Below are positions 61,534 through 64,000 of a stretch of DNA of 64,000 nucleotides, piece after piece. Source of the DNA: Bacilli bacterium (GTDB taxonomy: Bacteria > Bacillota_I > Bacilli_A > RFN20 > DUOF01); assembly GCA_045118975.1 (NCBI GenBank), contig JBGVCT010000008.1, positions 2,300 through 66,299 on the forward strand, given 5' to 3'. The stretch's first letter is position 1, and each line of letters starts with the position of its first letter. The position numbers and the translations under genes were made by a program. Below the pieces are notes generated by a model. The model saw nothing but the letters and a program-made list of their open reading frames with translations. It made no database searches and was not told where the DNA came from.

Positions 61534-63726
61534 CTACCTTCTTGATCCCGATGTACCTTGAGTCTTTGGAACTCCCGATGAACTACGGAATACTTTTTCT
61601 GTAATTTTCTTCATATCTATTATTGGTTTAACCTCGCTATTTTTCATCGCAGAGTGTTCTTGACTTGCTCCAGTTATTTGATGATCCGTTTTCCATCTAA
61701 CACCATTATTATGACAATTAACAATTAAATCAGAAGCGAATGCTCCACCACCTAAAACAACAACTTCACCATTATTCTTGCCATAGAACTTACCTACACT
61801 TCTTGATACCTCAAACTTATCAATTCCATACGCTCTTTCTCCCTCTCTAACAGGGACAGACTCTAGTTTTACAACATTAACCCCAACCTTAGCACATACA
61901 GCATCTATTAGTCCATTAATATAGGAACCATCATTGTAAATACAAACTCTTTTATTCTCTCTTTTTGCCCTCATAACAACTTTGACAACATCTTCTTTGA
62001 GTTTTTTATCTAATTCAGGATCATCTAGTTTCTTTTCACATCCACATATAAAAATAGGCATATCCTTTTCAAGATTCTCATTAATCTCATTTGTATTATA
62101 TTGAACCTCTACTCTTTTAATTCCTGGAAGATCCACCGATTCAGGAATATAATCAATATAATCATGCATATCATCTCTAGATCTTTGATTTGCTTCAGTT
62201 ACTTTATCATGTATGTACCCTTGTTCAAATTCAATCATTTCTTTTAACTCTTCTACACTTATACCTAGTTGTTGAGCTATTAAAGCTTCTTGTCTTGCAT
62301 TTGTTCCATACAAACCAGCACCATCGCTGCCTAAAACAACCCTTACTCCAGCATCTAAATATCTCCTTATAGGTATTTGTTTAAGTTCACTTATATTATT
62401 TAAAGACATATTACTAGATGCATTTATTTCTATAATTGCACCAGTTTTCTTTATAAGAGCTAACGTTTCATCATCTAATCCGCCATGTAATCCATGGCCT
62501 ATACGAATATCTGGATAAAAATCTGGATCCTTTATAACTCCATCTCTTTTTAATTGATCAATTTCAGTTGTAACTGACTTTAAGAAATCCTTAATATTAT
62601 CTCTATGTTCATCGCTTTCTCCAGCATGTGATCTAATAGTAAAATGTTTCCACCCGTTTTTAGCACACATATTAGCAGCAGCAGCAAATATGTAGGCATA
62701 GTCTTTGTTTGAAGTTTTCTCATGTCCCAATAAATCTATACCCGCAACAAATGGCACATTAGCCTCGTTGATAAAACTCCTTGTAAACCACATAAGAGAA
62801 TTATCGTCCCTTTTCACTCTTGGAGTCGCAAGCAAAAATGATACAGTAACACCATACTTTTTCTTTGCCTCTTTTATTGCATCAGCAAATGCCCTATGTC
62901 TTTCTTCTCCATCTTTTTGATTATTTCCTTGAAACATCCATGTACATGTAGATAATTCACAATATTCAACACCATTTTTAGCATAGTTTTCTGCTATTTT
63001 TAAAATATAACTTCTAATCAAAGCAGGATTATTGCTATCAAAAAATGGACTACGGCTAGAATAAAGTTCATCCATATCAATAAATGTTATTTGATCTTGT
63101 ATGTTAACCTCCATCAAGTCTAGCATTTTGTCTCTAAATCCAGGAACTTCTTTGTGCAATACATCTAATGTAGCAGTTTCGCCATATTTATGATCCTCAG
63201 GCAAGATACCACTTTTTACTAGTCTAGATGTATCAAAAACTATTGTTTTAGGAGCAACACTAAGAGCAATATCATACACCTCATTAGCAGGCAATTGCCC
63301 AGTATAGTGCGTATGCAAATCCGTTTTAGAAGAAGGTGGAATTTCTGAAGAAGCAAATACTCTATCATATCCCTCATTTGCCTTTCCCAAAGACAACATT
63401 TTAATTTCTAAAGTAGTAAGTGGAGCATTAGATTCAAATTTCCCCTTTTTAATAGTTCCAAGCGTTCTTTCCACAGTCCTAGATTCTTTATCTTTACCAA
63501 TTATATTCAATGATAAAACACCATTAACTTCTTTAATGCTCATTAATGATTTTAAATTTTCTTTTAATGTTTTTAATTGTTCATTGTCAATGTCATGATG
63601 AATAAGAGGTTCAATCTCCCACTTGCCATTAACAAGTGATATTTGAATCTCAATAAGTGGGCCCTTACTGTCTTGGCCAATATATATAGGACTTTTCAAC
63701 TTCAAAACCTTAGCCATAACTGTCAC
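61534..63726 (-). CDS. three-domain protein: unknown N-terminal domain + adenosine/AMP-deaminase-family amidohydrolase domain + C-terminal LOG/SLOG-like Rossmann domain
   Basis: Deaminase signature in canonical order: DLHTH (aa 136-140), SHAGE (366-370), RIGHG (408-412) and LGSDGAG (465-471). C-terminal aa ~556-680 has PIFICG, VCIYNDGSYINGLIDAV and VVVLGGGAFASDLI (Gly-rich loops after beta-strands). An alternative start ATG lies at 63717. Confidence 0.65.
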   Translation of the reverse strand: MTVMAKVLKLKSPIYIGQDSKGPLIEIQISLVNGKWEIEPLIHHDIDNEQLKTLKENLKSLMSIKEVNGVLSLNIIGKDKESRTVERTLGTIKKGKFESNAPLTTLEIKMLSLGKANEGYDRVFASSEIPPSSKTDLHTHYTGQLPANEVYDIALSVAPKTIVFDTSRLVKSGILPEDHKYGETATLDVLHKEVPGFRDKMLDLMEVNIQDQITFIDMDELYSSRSPFFDSNNPALIRSYILKIAENYAKNGVEYCELSTCTWMFQGNNQKDGEERHRAFADAIKEAKKKYGVTVSFLLATPRVKRDDNSLMWFTRSFINEANVPFVAGIDLLGHEKTSNKDYAYIFAAAANMCAKNGWKHFTIRSHAGESDEHRDNIKDFLKSVTTEIDQLKRDGVIKDPDFYPDIRIGHGLHGGLDDETLALIKKTGAIIEINASSNMSLNNISELKQIPIRRYLDAGVRVVLGSDGAGLYGTNARQEALIAQQLGISVEELKEMIEFEQGYIHDKVTEANQRSRDDMHDYIDYIPESVDLPGIKRVEVQYNTNEINENLEKDMPIFICGCEKKLDDPELDKKLKEDVVKVVMRAKRENKRVCIYNDGSYINGLIDAVCAKVGVNVVKLESVPVREGERAYGIDKFEVSRSVGKFYGKNNGEVVVLGGGAFASDLIVNCHNNGVRWKTDHQITGASQEHSAMKNSEVKPIIDMKKITEKVFRSSSGVPKTQGTSGSRR

Positions 63727-63740
63727 CCATCCTTAAATAG

Positions 63741-63769
63741 ATTATATCAAATCTAGTGGTTCACTTCAA
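63741..63769 (-). promoter_or_regulatory. sigma-A-type promoter of the deaminase-fusion operon
   Basis: The minus strand reads TTGAAG (63764-63769), 17 nt, TATAAT (63741-63746), about 20 nt upstream of the start region. Confidence 0.6.
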
Positions 63770-63793
63770 TTTTCTTATGCATTTATAAACATT

Positions 63794-63817
63794 TAAAAAA
63801 GAGGCATATAGCCTCTA
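63794..63817 (-). terminator. intrinsic terminator after the cold-shock gene
   Basis: Stem AGAGGC/GCCTCT (63800-63816), followed on the minus strand by a T6 run. Confidence 0.75.
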
Positions 63818-63825
63818 AAATTTCA

Positions 63826-64000
63826 TTATTCAACTACAACAATATTAACAGCTCTTAATCCTTTTTCAGTTTCAATTAGTTCAAACTCAACAGTTTTGTT
63901 AGCCTCAACAGTTTTAAAACCTTCCATTTTAAGTTCGCTATAATGGAAGAATACATCTTTACCTTCTTCAGTTTTGATAAATCCGTATCCTTTTTCTTTG
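63826..64000 (-). CDS. cold-shock protein, CspA family (C-terminal part; the start lies beyond the window end)
   Basis: My own translation of the minus strand: KEKGYGFIKTEEGKDVFFHYSELKMEGFKTVEANKTVEFELIETEKGLRAVNIVVVE-stop. It contains the RNP-1/RNP-2-like KGYGFI and VFFHY motifs. Confidence 0.9.
   Translation of the reverse strand, partial: KEKGYGFIKTEEGKDVFFHYSELKMEGFKTVEANKTVEFELIETEKGLRAVNIVVVE

Noticed and set aside
61534-63726. Possibility that the deaminase-domain protein is RADAR RdrB or a CARF-deaminase (Cad1/CAAD).
   Set aside because: No RdrA-like AAA+ ATPase gene is adjacent; the only partner is a 189-aa coiled-coil protein. I see no N-terminal CARF-like pattern, and there are no cas genes or CRISPR array in the window. 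I therefore treat it as a distinct architecture, not a member of those systems.
1-64000. Alternative genetic code (TGA = Trp, Mollicutes code 4), given the low GC content and reduced gene content.
   Set aside because: Standard-code translation gives uninterrupted full-length PolC, DnaE, PolA, RNase R and PriA. Trp is encoded by TGG where I checked (for example ATG TGG in the ZIP gene).

Overview
This is an AT-rich chromosome segment that uses the standard genetic code: long ORFs such as polC, dnaE and rnr are not interrupted by TGA. The gene order looks like a strongly compacted Bacillus-type core. My guess, from inference only, is a reduced Bacillota lineage such as Erysipelotrichia or Mollicutes-related.

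About 60 protein genes are present, nearly all on the minus strand.

**Supported content**
- **ssrA end (0.3-8.9 kb):** two IS3-family insertion sequences lie side by side against the 3' end of a tmRNA gene (ssrA, 3124-3489). smpB and rnr are a few kb away.
- **Metabolic genes:** dut, glyA, a nadK-nfnA-nfnB block, pfkA-pyk, rpe, an SDR, a DUF362/ferredoxin protein, two ZIP metal transporters and an M42 peptidase.
- **cdsA-rseP-polC block** on the plus strand.
- **Long minus-strand operon (26992-37613):** DUF45 peptidase, TrmH, a kinase-ParB fusion, priA, two unknown genes, rlmN, stp, a prkC-like kinase, rsgA and rpe.
- **Other housekeeping genes:** cdaA, cvpA, a U32 pair resembling YrrN/YrrO, and infC-rpmI-rplT with an L20-leader-like attenuator.
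- **Replication block:** dnaE-polA-mutM-dnaB-dnaI.

No rRNA, tRNA or CRISPR array was seen.

**Most unusual items**
1. A self-contained two-gene operon (60962-63769). It encodes a 730-aa protein with an unknown N-terminal domain, an adenosine/AMP-deaminase-type amidohydrolase domain and a LOG/SLOG-like Rossmann domain, plus a 189-aa coiled-coil partner. It may be an undescribed nucleotide-deaminating sensor/effector module.
2. An archaeal-type CMP-kinase-like domain fused to a ParB/Srx-like domain, overlapping the start of priA.
3. Two unknown genes in the slot where def-fmt-rsmB normally sit. One has an extremely Cys/His-rich repeat tail and the other is an HExxH protein.
4. A branching-enzyme-like protein whose catalytic motifs look degenerate, coupled to a CpXC-type zinc ribbon.
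5. An orphan radical SAM/SPASM enzyme.

All family assignments come from motif recognition by eye. No searches were run.
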